Of a stretch of 64,000 bases of DNA, positions 49,801 to 62,700 are shown in pieces. The stretch's first letter is position 1, and every line of letters starts with the position of its first letter. The translations under genes and the position numbers were made by a program. The stretch is from Phoronis australis (taxonomy: Eukaryota; Animalia; Phoronida), in the NCBI GenBank assembly GCA_002633005.1, contig NMRA01000620.1, positions 1-64,000 on the forward strand, written 5' to 3'. The notes under the pieces were generated by a model, which saw only the letters and a program-made list of their open reading frames with translations, was not told the DNA's origin and made no database searches.

Positions 49801-52800
49801 CCTACCTTGCTCCCCAGTTGCATTGCACCAATCGCCACTCTCCGTCAATGAGAACACTGTTCCATGTGTTCTGAAACGTGTCCTCTTTAAATTTCATTCC
49901 TGGCTCGTAACCAACGCTTTTTGACCTGCCCTTAATTTCCACGCAATGTAAGCCAGCGAAACTGGAACAGATATTGTTATGACCTTAAAACTCACGAATA
50001 AGTCAGCAAATTTCTGCGCTTGCCATGGATCATTTTGGCATTTTTAACTCTGACCGATTTGATGTGTTGAGGATATGGTAGATTATAGTGAAGGGTGGAG
50101 GACACAGTTTCGTCAACGGCCAGTCAAATTTCTTTTCCTTATCTCACCCATATATTTACCATTATTAAAGACAGGCAAGTAAATATTAAGAACCAAATGT
50201 TGTAAAACGTTTTGTTTTCGGGTATGTTCCTGCTATAGGCACTTTTGTACACAGGTACAAATACATGTTCACACAGGAAAGAAGGAACCATTCATCCTCT
50301 GTGGGTGGGTTAAGCCAAAAAGTTCAGCAAATTACCAATGTGTGTCCTTAAACATCCAAAATATTGTTTTGCTTTGGCAAAAACATTACTGTATGTGCAG
50401 TGTTTCTAGCCCCAGAATCTCCAACATGCTCTAAAAGTAGGCGCCGGAAGTTTCGTTGCGTACACCCACCTGCATAGTCGCATAAATAGAGTGTGGTAGG
50501 TCTCCGTTCCAAATTTAATACCCCTCAGCAGACCCATCGGTGTGTCCTTGTTGGCCGAGTCCATAAAGTCCAGAACATTCAGATCCTTGACGGTTATCCA
50601 CCGGAAGATGGCTCTGGAAAGTTCACATAAGCAGTTTAAAATTATATCCACGAAAATGTACAAGCTGTTGTTGACAAAACCTTAAGACCACCAGACAATC
50701 TTCGTGAGGATTCTAGCTCCATGTCAGACTCCACACTAATAAATTTTCGAACAAATGTCAATCTTCCAGTCGTTTTGTGAGTAAAGTTCGGGTGTCAAAA
50801 AATGTCCAAATACGACAAACTTCAGAACATCATATCTCTGAACTGACTGAGCGGTTTTACATGAAACTTTCAGATACCATGCATTTTTGCAATGTTATTC
50901 AAAATAATGTTAGCAATTGTTTTAAAGTGTTCCATTTTTGCATGACACGCTGTCAAAAATAGTACTACGGTATTTATGAAGAACTCAGAAGATACATAAA
51001 ACAAGACAAAGAAATCATTTACAAAACTGTAACAGGTTCTTCAGATTTCATCTTGAACACTTTTATCAAGCGAAAATTGAGCATGCTATTGACACAGATG
51101 TTGTGCTAGGGATCTACCTTTCTATAAATACAGAGTCACGTGACCCAATAAAGGCTGTTACAGGCTTACTTTTTTCAGAAAAAATGTACTTTAACTGAGT
51201 TAACATCTACGGGTGTGCAGATACATGGCAAAATACCAACAGTTTATAATGGCCAAATTAACCCTAAAGTACTCCTATACCATGCGAGTTTCTATAGTTT
51301 AAGCAAGTACACACCTTAATGTCAACTGGTTAGAAATGTGACTGGGACTCCTAGAGACGCTTTAAATTTTTACCAGCCCAGGACGTTGTTGTCTATCAGA
51401 ATGGATCTCCTTTTAGTAATAAAACTTAGCTTTAACTTGATGACGTGACAGAATTTAGTAGTAATGGATATTAGTGTAGTATCTGAAGCTTATAATATTT
51501 CGGTCTAAGCCGTATATGTATATCAACAATTTTCTTTTATTTCAAGACATACAGAATTGATTGAACACACGACACTTTTCATTGTTGAGTCTTTTTTCCG
51601 CTTCGTTGATATCTTCGGAATAAAACTCTGCTCTCAACGGAAAGTTTAAAGGAATAGATTTGGTTTGTTTACCTGGCCTTTTCTAAATCCGTTAGACAAG
51701 GGGCAATCAGTTGGTGAACAAGGTCTGTCCACGTGGCTTGGTCTTCTTCTGCAATCTGTCAAAAGAGGGTGACACATAATAATTCGAGAGAATCAGTGTT
51801 TGGCAGCTGTAGGGCTGCACTAAAGGAATCAGATATGTGATTAGCAAAAATAAGAGGTCCAAAGAAAAAACGTTCGATATTAAATGGGACTACCATGCCA
51901 GGCCAAGCACAATTTGCATGTAAGTGAACCGAAAAACGACGATGCCAGTTAACGCCTAGTTCATGATCAGAATTGCTTTGGCCATTTAAGCAACGTTGCC
52001 TAATTGGGTACAGAGAATGTCCATCCACATGTTTACGTCCGTTTTATTTAGATGTCACCAGTGAAATGTTTTCTTACGTTGAACACATATTCGTCTAGCT
52101 GCTCGAACACAGTGGCGGAGTGATACAAGTCTCGTTTGGTGTAACGCGGAGGATGCGGAGGAGGAAGTTCTGTAGAAGCGTGGACATCAATGCCAAGTGG
52201 AACTAACAATTCTTCAACACTAATTTCAATCGGTTCGCCGTCACCATCATCTTCCTAGAAGCAGAAAAGTAGGTCAATAATAATAACAATAATAAACTTC
52301 AGTTGAACTAGAGGCCACCGTCCACAGTTCACAATAATAAATACAAACTTTATATATGCGTAGACAGCCATTAAAGATTTGCAGTAGGAAAACACACGGT
52401 AATGTATGTAATGATGACATAATTAGTGTCAATTCGAAAATTTGTCATTTTCAATTCCCCCAGGTTCGTCTGATTATAGTTTGTTAAACACAATAAAATT
52501 TTAAGAAATGCCCCGTCAATAGAGTTTCAAGAAAATGGACACTCAGAAAAGAAACCTCGTGTTTATCCTTTGGGGTATTATAGCGATACAATGGCTTGTA
52601 ATTCCTAATGTTTCCAGGAGGGATAACGTATATACATGTAAGGTAAGCTTACGTTCTATTGATAACACATCTCGTGAAATACAGAGGTACAAAGCCGACG
52701 CATTGTTGCATTGCAATGTGTGTGTAAGGAATTTGCAAAGTCACTTGTATCAGCTCACAGCGGGACTGGTTTGCATGGTTAAGTCAACGCAATCCCCGTT

Positions 52801-53936
52801 ACCTTATTTTGGCGAATCTCGTCTTCAATTTCAATCTTAATTTGTTGTTGCTTGGAAGCAATCATATCCAGCATCTGCTGGCTGTGCTTCGATATCATCT
52901 CAGCTGTTTGTCGTTGCTCTATCTCGACGAGCCGTAAAGTGGCGTGCTTCTTTTTAGAGTTCTTCTTGTTGGCGAGCGACTTTTCTAACTCTTTCTTTTG
53001 ATTTTCAAACTGCATAGTCATAACCTGGAAAAGGAGCAGACGAATACTGTACACATATGTCCAAAGCATGTTCAGTTGGCATACACACTCCAGCAGGCAA
53101 TGAATATGTTCTGCATGCAGCCTACATGTACTTGTGTTCTCAAAAACTATTGCATCAATCTAAAAGAGTTTTCACCTTTTTGTCCGTTTTCTTGCTTTTC
53201 TTTGCCATGTCTTTGTCGAACTTTGCTGTTAATTCCTTCAGTTTTATCTGTAACACCAATCATGAAAGTTACGAATCTAGTCAAAGAAAACCAGTAGATG
53301 TAGTTCGATTTTGCTATTATGATGTCCTATAACTAGGTCCAGCGTTCTACACTCCACACCAAGATGTGATGACTCCCCTCCAGCCGGGCATCATGTGCCA
53401 GACGGGATTGTTTATTTGAAGATACATGTACATAGTGGTTTCAGAGGTGTCCAAATGGCAGTCTTTACCCTGACAATGACAAAGGCGTACTAATTAGACA
53501 TCGTCCTTTTACCGGAAACTGTCTCCTAAATTGAAAGTCACTTACCGCCATAGAATTGATAAATTAGATAAGAGTGATTTATGGGATACAGTAAAACTGA
53601 TAGTACCATAATGGTCGAAACTAGGCTAAACCGACTTGGCTTGGCGGGTGTGACCAGTGGCGAAAATAAAGGGTGAGACGTTCGCCACAATTGCTTTCAA
53701 TCTGAGTAAGGAAAAGTTGAGCCACGTCTTGTAAAAAATAATCTGTGTAGCAAAAGGTGGCTTTGCAACAGCTTTCATGAATGTAGTACCTCCCATTCTT
53801 CTTCAGTCTCCTTCTCTACTTCCGTGTCGATCTGTTTCCTCTCCTCGGCGAATCTTTCATACATCTGGTCTTCCTCCTTACGTAACTCATTCTCAAGCTG
53901 CTTCTGTGCTTGGATCAATTTCTCTTTCTTTCTGAA
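46843..53936 (-). CDS. Hil: Hillarin/kyphoscoliosis-peptidase-like protein (coiled-coil + inactive transglutaminase-like domain + KY-type C-terminal repeats); 5'-partial. Exons 53790-53936, 53176-53247, 52803-53024, 52078-52254, 51673-51755, 50470-50613, 49806-49961, 46843-48259
   Basis: Eight GT-AG exons with compatible phases sum to 2418 nt (805 aa + stop). Motifs: LEKARAIFRWITVKDL, DTPMGLLRGIKFGTETYHTLFMRLCSFAGLHCVEIKGRSKSVGYEPG, NTWNSVLIDGEWRLVQCNWGARHL, YDEHYFLTDPEEFIQEF...WQLL..PISLETF..LPFVRSVFF, PQPGQYGIDIYAR. Confidence 0.88.
48545..49720 (+). mobile_element. Decayed Helentron/DINE-like core-repeat element in the last hillarin intron
   Basis: The same ccactag(a/g)gg motif recurs at ~140-bp spacing (49131, 49281, 49415, 49541) with aaatttc...aatcc context, followed by a GAC-rich tail. 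Confidence 0.6.
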
Positions 53937-55419
53937 CTGTGAAACAGAAACGAATACGTCACTCAGAGTGTTGATAATCGTTACGTCCGTCATAGGAACA
54001 TGTTGAGGACAAACTGTGGCGCATTTAATGGTGATGGTTCATCATTTGTGATGTTAAAGTGACAATTGACATTTTCATTTTAATCAAGTAATATGATGAT
54101 ATAAGTGCTACAAGATGCCACCAAATAATCTTATTTTTATAATAATCATATCGGGACAGATAGCTAATTACAAAACCCGTGGGGATACGTTAAAATAAAT
54201 TTCGACAATTGTTACATTGACTGATAATGTGGACTTTGCAGTTAGTCTCCTTGCAACAGGTTTTATAAACAAAGGACGTGTATTGCAAAACGGCAGATGA
54301 CACTTCTTATGTAGTGAAAGTTTAAATTGGTCCCTGGCTCTGCGGGTGATAAATTAAACACCTGTTGCTGTTTACAAATCAAGGAATAATCTCATCTAGG
54401 TGTGTACCAGTAGACGTATCGATTATAATTTTCTTACTTCAACATTTTCTTACACGTTACACTGTAAATTTGGTTTCACCGATGTCGAAGAAAGCACCAC
54501 CTCTCACACACCCACAGCAGTAATGAAACGATCATTACACTTACATACAAAGTTATTCTGTCTGATCTGGTTAGTAAACGTTCCCAACAATCATAGTTTG
54601 CCTCGCTCAATGCTAGAACCACGTCTGCTGAATATCTAAAAAAATGAAAGCTGTATGCCACCCTGCTAAAAACTAAAATTGAATTAGGCGTCTTGCTCTC
54701 ATAAAGTCGATTTTCTAATATTCCTTACCGTAGTACGATCATATTTCCGTTAAGTACAAGCACTTTAAAATCATCAGCGACTCAAGAAAACGCTTTGGTG
54801 TTCACTGAGGTTGGCCAACCCTATAATTGCTCAGTTGCCGCTTGAATCCTATCACAGTAGAGCGATAATACATGACTAAAAGACCTGTTCGATTTTCGTA
54901 TTTTGCCAGTTAAAACTGGCTGGAGCGCCTCTAACACCAGATACTAGACTAAAACAGGGTCTCGTGTACTTTTAACTTATGGGGACGAAAATTAGGCAGC
55001 CTGGTCGGTCTGCCTTAGACTCACTTCCAATACCACACCACTTTTTCAGTTCCATACGTATTATGGTTTAGCCATAAATGTAGAACTGGCGCGGTTAGTC
55101 GATAACATTTATTTCAGTTAACACTCTCAAGGAGTGAAGCTGTACAGGTAATCGATCACACGGCTGAACAGGTGTCTTGGCTTTATAGAAACCATTCTCT
55201 TCTGTACAGTACAGCTGCAACCTTATGATAGCTTTCAAGTTAAATGCAGAGGCGTATCTACGGGGGGTTCAGGGAGTTTAACCCCCCCCCCCGGGACAGG
55301 ATCAAAAATAAAAACTGAAAAAAATGTCGCCAGGAAAACGAAATCAGCTCAGAAACCAAAAAAAAATCTTTCACGGGAGGGTGTTTCCCCAGTGAGCAGA
55401 ACGGCTTGGTTTGAATTAG

Positions 55420-56101
55420 TTTTTGTGATAATTAAGTTACTTATGCACTGCCAATTCAGATGACATTGCGCGTGAATGTTGAAATGATGAACGTGGCTAA
55501 GGGGTCTATAGGTTGTATTGACCAAAAACAAGTTTTCATCGAATAATTAACTGAAGTCCTTGGAATTTAACGTTTCGCCACATAATTGCTTTTTCTTGGC
55601 TTCTGCAAATCGACATAATTTGTACTTAGAAATACTAGTTCTCCACAACGGCTTGGTGGACTTCGATGAAACTATCCAAACTTAATATTTATTCATCTCA
55701 AAAACGCTGTTTGGATTTTCGATATAAATGCCTAGTTTTTGCGTAATGCAACAAAGGCGAATACGACTTTTACCTTTTTTACAAAAATACCTTAGGTTGA
55801 TTTGTCATAGAAATCAAAAACGAAAAGACTAATTGAAAACTCCGTACAGGGTTTTTGAGATAACTGGCGAAGTTTTCATTCAAACAGATTTCAATAAAAT
55901 CGACCACGGGGTTATTTTGCTATGAATCTACTTAGAAAGGTGTTAACGTGAAAATAATAATGACGCATAAGATACAAAACATAATTTTTATATTCCCTGA
56001 TCTGTTTTCTTTAGAAAATGTATACTTTTACTGGTTGACAAAGCCTAGTTTTTTGATATACCAGTTAGAATGGAGGCCACTAAATAAGGTTTGAGATAAC
56101 C
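55420..56101. mobile_element. Right part of a third copy of the GGTTATCTCAA Kolobok-like family (intronic or upstream)
   Basis: Colinear with 44260-44981; ends ...ttgagataacc|ttaa. Confidence 0.8.
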
Positions 56102-57299
56102 TTAAGTGCGACAAGCACAGAGCCCAAAGTACACTTGGTATTTCTCATATGTTTCCGTACCATTCCCAGCGACGTCAAATGACATTGCTGAAAGAGTCTT
56201 GTTCATTTTTTGTTTACCTTTGAAGTGTTTGTTAATTAAGAATGATCGACAGGCTGTGACGTAAGCAGGCCAATAGATTTTAGATATCATGTTAGTTCAT
56301 CAACATCTCAACGCCATAAAAAACATGACACAAGTGCAACCATTGGGTTGATTGAAAACTCGGAATACTCAGTTTGTAAGAAATTTGTGTGCAAATCTAC
56401 ATACTGCTATGACGTAAAAGGTCGTGTATTCCAGTCGACTATTTCTAGTTCTTGAAGAAGTGGTGGTTACCCTGTTTTAGTGACTTCAACCACTTTACCT
56501 AAGTTGCGTTCTGTAGACGCAAGGAACTTGCGAGGAAATCTAGTGCGACCACTTGCTTTCGTGTAATGAATGGCGATATATCGTAAAGACTTTCCTGATG
56601 TTGTTTTTGCGAGTTCCTTTCGTCTACAGAACGCAAGCCTGGTCGTAGTCTGCGCTTTCAGGAAAAAGTACACAGGAACCACATTGCATTGTGGGAAAGA
56701 AGACTCGATAGTTTTAGCTATTTAAAAACAATTGTTGAAGATCAAGTAACGATGCGTAACAAAAGTATATGTCAATTCAAGCATATTGTTTTAGATGTTT
56801 GCTTTCAAAACACTTATGACCTCGGCATTTATACTTCAGATGACAAGCTGAAATCAAAATTATCAAAGCGAATCAATCATATCTTTTCAGAATAGTCTTC
56901 CCGGTAAGATAATAATCAAACTCCGTTCAAAACATGGTGTTGCCAAGTGCAATTGGTAAACGCAAATTCGCCGCATTAGAAAGCACAAACAAAACTTTAC
57001 ACATTAAAACACGATTTAAAACAAAGGGTGCACTTGTACGATTTACGCATTTGTGTGTTGGTGCTGGTCTCTGCCGTCGGCCTGTGGATTTAATATGCTA
57101 TCTCTAACACTATGAAGTTATGTGCAGAACAGTTTGCGGGTAAAACAACAAAATGCGACGAGATTTTAAAAGTTGACAACTATCAAAGTGTTTGAAAAGA
57201 GTAATCCTGCAAAACACTGTGTTTCCAGAAAGCCTAGCTTATAAAAAATCGCGTGCTCGGGTAAAACATATTTGACATCAACGACAACATCTATACCAG

Positions 57300-57699
57300 G
57301 GGTACCATAGAATCATACGCACGAGCATCAGAATCATACGCACGAACCACATACGAACCTATGCATCATGCATACGAACACAAAAATTACGTATACGAAC
57401 AAAAATCAAACGCACGAACAACAAAAGTCACATACATGTACGAATACAAACCACACGCACGAGCATCATACGCAGGAACCACCAAAACGATAAAGTGTTC
57501 GTGCGTGTGATTCGATGCTCCAGTGTGCATGATTTTGTTTTCATATGTGTGATTTGTGTAGTTCTTGCGCATGATTTTCGTTTGTAAGCGTGATTCTTGA
57601 GTTGGTATGCATTTTTCATGGTTCGTAAGCATGATTCATAGGTTCGTAGGGGATTCCTTTGTAAGATGCAATGCTTTTGCGTATGATTCTGTGGTACCC
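57300..57699. mobile_element. Palindromic MITE with internal short repeats
   Basis: gggtaccatagaatcatacgca ... tgcgtatgattctgtggtaccc; internal catacg/cacg units switch polarity at the centre. Confidence 0.8.
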
Positions 57700-58824
57700 A
57701 TGCATGTATACAAAAAATGTAACCGTTTCTGAGTACACGGGAGGTCCAACATTCTGCAAGCTGTTACTTGATTGTCCCACATATCTCAGGCCAGTGGAGG
57801 TGTTCCAAGACTACAAGTTGGCTACCCACGGGCACCCCCTCCCCCGAAAAGGTCGCCTGTGCTGCGAGTGCATGTACGCGGACAGTGATCACTTGTGTAC
57901 TAGCAACTGCAACTTGCTGCAGCCTCTCACGTTAGTGTTCTTGCATATGTTCGGTAGACCAGGTACCTTGAAATCCGGGCGGCAAGAAAGAATGGAACTT
58001 TATTTTGAACCAGGAAACTAATTTTCCAAAATGAGGATTAACACCACTTGCAATATGAATACAAGCCTTTATTTAATAAGCATATTCAATTACCAACAGT
58101 TCCAAACAAATAAAGGGAATGACAAACTTCAGGAAAGAAGCCTAAGCAACATTTGTCTCGTGCTCAGTTCTGCACGTGGCAAATTGAATGGAATGGAATT
58201 AAGAGTTTTTAACTCCTATATCGTACCTTGGAATAACTCGTAACTTGATTTATGATGATGCTTCGAGAAAGTTCAATGATTGCCACTTCCCGTACATTTG
58301 TACGGAGATCCAGAAGACGCATGTGCTCATCGATATCGATGTTTTGAACGAGGGACCGCTATCCAAATATACTTATTCCCAAACAAAATAGAGAAGTCTC
58401 ACAAACCGGTATGAATGTTCATGAGGGATCAATGAACCCTGGTGCAAGCCGCAGTGTAACCTACTTAGCAGCCTGTGCTTTGACTGGTCTAGTACATGCA
58501 GCTTTACATGGACACGGCCAACAGAAGGTTTCCCCTTCAAGTCCCTCTGTGCGCCAAAGCAGAGAACAGAAATTCCGGAAATGTCCTTTATAACCATTGA
58601 CCAGTATGAAAGTGTTTAGTACCCGTTCTCGCGAGTGTTAGAACACCGTATGGCCGGAGACGCACGACTCACCGACGAAACATAGTATAAGTGCAAGCAA
58701 GCTGAAGGTTGGCTTAATTTAATACAGACCCAACAGATTTTAAAAAATGAAGAAGAAATATGTTACACATTAATTTCTAGTGAGTAAATGTAGACTCCTG
58801 GGTAGAGCTCAATAGCTTTCTCGC

Positions 58825-59745
58825 GTCTAGAAAATCTAGCCGAAAGCATGCACGTGATCTCATTTAAAATAGACGGCAAATATCTCACGTAATCTCGCGA
58901 AGTCTTGGCGTTACTGAACTATACTCTGGCTGTAAACAACAATTTTGTCTGCGTCTGAAGTTGCTCTCCAAAATACTGTCTATCGAACGTGTCAAAGATC
59001 TGGACAATAAAATCGTCAAGATTGACTAGAGAGATTTGACCCACTGAACTACCATTGCGCAACATTTTATTATATGGACTTAACTGTGTCGATCACAGCA
59101 GCGTACAATTGTATTCACTGTGAGGGGAATGTGTAGATATTTGTCAAGACAATTTGTGTACATATTGAAACAGCAAATAGAGAAATTCTGGTAACACTGA
59201 TGGAATTATTTAATTGTAGCTAAATGATTCCTTCCTCCACTTATATGATTCTCTCATGCTCAGCAATATTTTAGGTAACTTTAAACATCTAATATGAGTT
59301 GCAAAAATAGTCGTTCGTTATTGAAAACGTGAATGGAATCGTCAAATCAACAAAGTGTGTTTATATTTTAATGAAAATGGCTGGTGTTTTTGCTTCGAAT
59401 TTCAATCGCTTATCTCATTAGAATGCTGTGTGGAGCTTTTTTACCAATTGCTCGATGGCCTTGGACTGTTTCATAAAACGTGAGTGAAAGCTATTGTCAA
59501 CTTGAGACTCGAAAATTCACCAATAGCATGACACCTTATGAATGACATGTGTTCGAATCACGCGACGTGTCTGGTTAAATTCCCAGAGCAAGTCGAATCA
59601 GTTCAGAGATTAGACGCTGAGCCCGGTCTCCCGTTCAGTAACACTAGGACCCCGCTAAAAAGCAAGACTTCGCGAGATTACGTGAGATATTGCCGTGTAT
59701 TTTAAATCAGATCGCGTGACTTTGACTAGGTTTAAGCTAGATCAC
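58825..59745. mobile_element. MITE with ~90-bp imperfect TIRs; related end at 36670-36805
   Basis: acggcaaatatctcacgtaatctcgcgaagtcttg (~58873) is inverted relative to caagacttcgcgagattacgtgagatattgccgt (~59662). Confidence 0.7.
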
Positions 59746-62700
59746 AGTGTTACTAAGCGCACGCATGATTAAATAGTAATTGTTGAATCTAAGGCGTTGT
59801 GGTTGTTTTTCAAGCGCACTGTAGGCTCACAAATAACGATGGTTATGTTGTTTTCACGTCATCAGTACCAGCGACGCCACCTGTTTACCGGGAGCCGACA
59901 ACTGTCCCAAGGAGAATTTGAAAAACAACAGCAGCGTCGTGGATGAAATTTCCCGAAGAGATTGCGTACTTTGCTGAATCGAGATTAAAATCATTTTCTG
60001 AAATAATTGTGTGAAGGGCAATATAAATTTCTTACTGCTATAAAGCTATAAATCGGCGCTCCAACACAGAAGCAAATACTTGATTTGCAGTGCTTACCAC
60101 TAATAAAATTAACCTCATCTTGTTCCTGATTGAATTGCGTTCTTAGCATGGGAAACCAATGAGCCCACTCGAAAAACTGACAGTTTGTATGGTTTGAGGC
60201 CAATTTCGCCAGAGAAAATGAGCTGCAGTGACAAAACAACTGGAAGAAGGTGAGCTCGGGCAATAACGAGCTGTTTCATTCCAAATCCAGCAATGAACAA
60301 ACTGAGACCAAATCAAGAGATAATTTTTCTGCTAGAAAGGCAGGTTCCCTTGGAGTTTTCATGAAACAGAGCTTGGGGTCTTGTGAATTCCAATCAGCGA
60401 CACACAAAAAGTAAAACAACAAATACGGGAGATCGAGCCTTTTGTAGATTTAAATTCTCGTGAAAAAAGAATACTTAGTCCTCCTAACATCAGCAAATGA
60501 AAGGGAGTGTTTCGATACTACGCTAGTGGGAACTTATCACCATGGTAACACTGCCCCAGCAAAATGATATGAAGGGACTGATGGGTGAAGATGAGATGTT
60601 CAAAAAGGCCGAGAACTGCAGAATTATGGGATTGGTTTAGCTGTTGCTGTGGATCCTTCACCGCTTCGTATTTCAAAATAATGCATTGCTGTCCACAGAA
60701 CTCAGGCCTGTTCAAAGTTAATTCACGTCGCCCTAACGGATATATTCATGGGTCAGAAGTCAGCTCGCCCAAATCTTCAGTATTTTGTTCATGAAGAAAA
60801 CAAGTATAAAATAAAGCAAATATGCTTCGTCGCAACGACCGTGGTAATGTTGTCAGTTGGTGAACGCCCACTTCTGAAACATTTACGCTACGACTAAAGG
60901 AAATTTCTGGTCGATTTAGCTTTAAACTAATACCTCATTTTTGAAACAGTACACGTGTAGGTGGGTTCGTAAGTACGATCTTTCTAAGACCAATGAGTTT
61001 CAATACAACTTTTATTTAATTTAGGGTGTACCTGTTTTCAGTACAGCAAATATATCGTTGATTTCCAACATCGATTATTTAACATGTCCCATATTAATGG
61101 ATGTTGCAATCAATCAATGCTTCATCTTAATTGCTTTGCACTCAATTATTCTTTCATGAATCTCGGATATCGTCATGTGCTCCGTTCGTATCAAGAGCAC
61201 ATCGAGTTGACTGGGCCTAAAGCAATCTTACATGTAGCGGAGGTAATATGAATATGTAATAGGTCACGTGATGTGGCTCTAAGTAGCTTGTAGGCCAGAT
61301 TACAAATGATTGTAACGGAGGTAATGTTAGCGCTGTCTTTATTTGGAATGGAATTATAAAGTGCTGTGATCAAATACAAAAAAAAAACAAACAAAAACAC
61401 TCCGCATGTGAGACGTGCACATTTATTTCCCCAATAGCAGTGTGGGTCGTTCCGAACGCCAGCTTCCCATGTATTTATTACGTGCTGTGTTTGCCTCTAG
61501 TTTCTCGTATATTCCCTAATGTGTTGATTTTTTGCTGAAATTAACGGTTTACAGGGAGTGGTTCACTTCTCGTGCAAACAGGTACTTGGGATTTCCACTG
61601 TCGAACGACATGTCTTTTTGAGGCAACGAAATGGGTGTTCTACAGAACACAGTCTCAACAAAGTGGAGTCCGCCGCGATGTCTTTTCTTTTGGAATGTAG
61701 AAAGAACTAGCGGCTCACGCATCCCATGTATACAGAATGATATGGAAACTGGGATTAAAACAGTAGAATAACAAAAATAAACGTACCGTTTCACCCATAA
61801 ATAAGTGTTGTTCTATGTTGGTAGTGCATCACAGATTCGCAGGGTATTTCCGTAGCTTCAAATTATGCCTCGAAGGACCTACGCATATGTGAAATTCCAT
61901 AATTGTAACTGCGACATTCATGGCTTTAGCCTAGCAGGTCTCAAAAGTAGTACACCAGTGTCATTAACAGTACTTACTCTCTTAGTTTAGGAATATTCCT
62001 ACACGTGAATCACGGCAAAATCGACGGCATTTTCCAGTTCGAGCTTGCTGTACATGAGCAGATATAAAACATCTTCGAGCGCTAACGCGAGGCTGCGAAG
62101 ATACTAGAGGTGTTCCGGATGGACTGTGACACGTCACTCATATAAGCGGGTCATTCGGACTTATGCCGGATGTTTCCGACTTCCGTCGTAGTTTTTGAGT
62201 GCGTGTTCGAACGTGTGCCTAAGACAATTCGTTGTACTCTCGATTGTTTGCCAAGTACAGTACCACTTTTCACGTAATTGTAGCAGTTCTCTTACATGTA
62301 CGCAAGGTGAGACTTAAGTGCCAGTTGTAAGCCGTCTCAAATAAAAAGATAAATTTTTGACGGAAATCTGGCTTGTAAGAGTAGAAAAACGCCGATCTAT
62401 TGGAAAGTGCATGGAGGACAGTCATTAGAGTGAAGTTGCAGTATTACGATCCGACGTAAAGTGCAATGGTAAGATTTCAATTTAACCGGAGATATGCGTT
62501 AAAGCGCCTTAAATTGATGTTTAGTCGATATCAGATTTCATCCAGACATTAACTTTGCACACGGTGATACTCCTGACGTATTTCGTAAAATTTTTCAACA
62601 TTTTTTTCCATTTAGGTTAGGAACCCAAAACTTTGCATAAATCAACCTACAGAATTTTATTGCGCACAAATGCTGTAGCACGCGGTGCGAAAACGTTGTT

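Noticed and set aside
56467-56682. Additional hillarin exon
   Set aside because: No recognisable homology, and the splice phase could not be matched convincingly.
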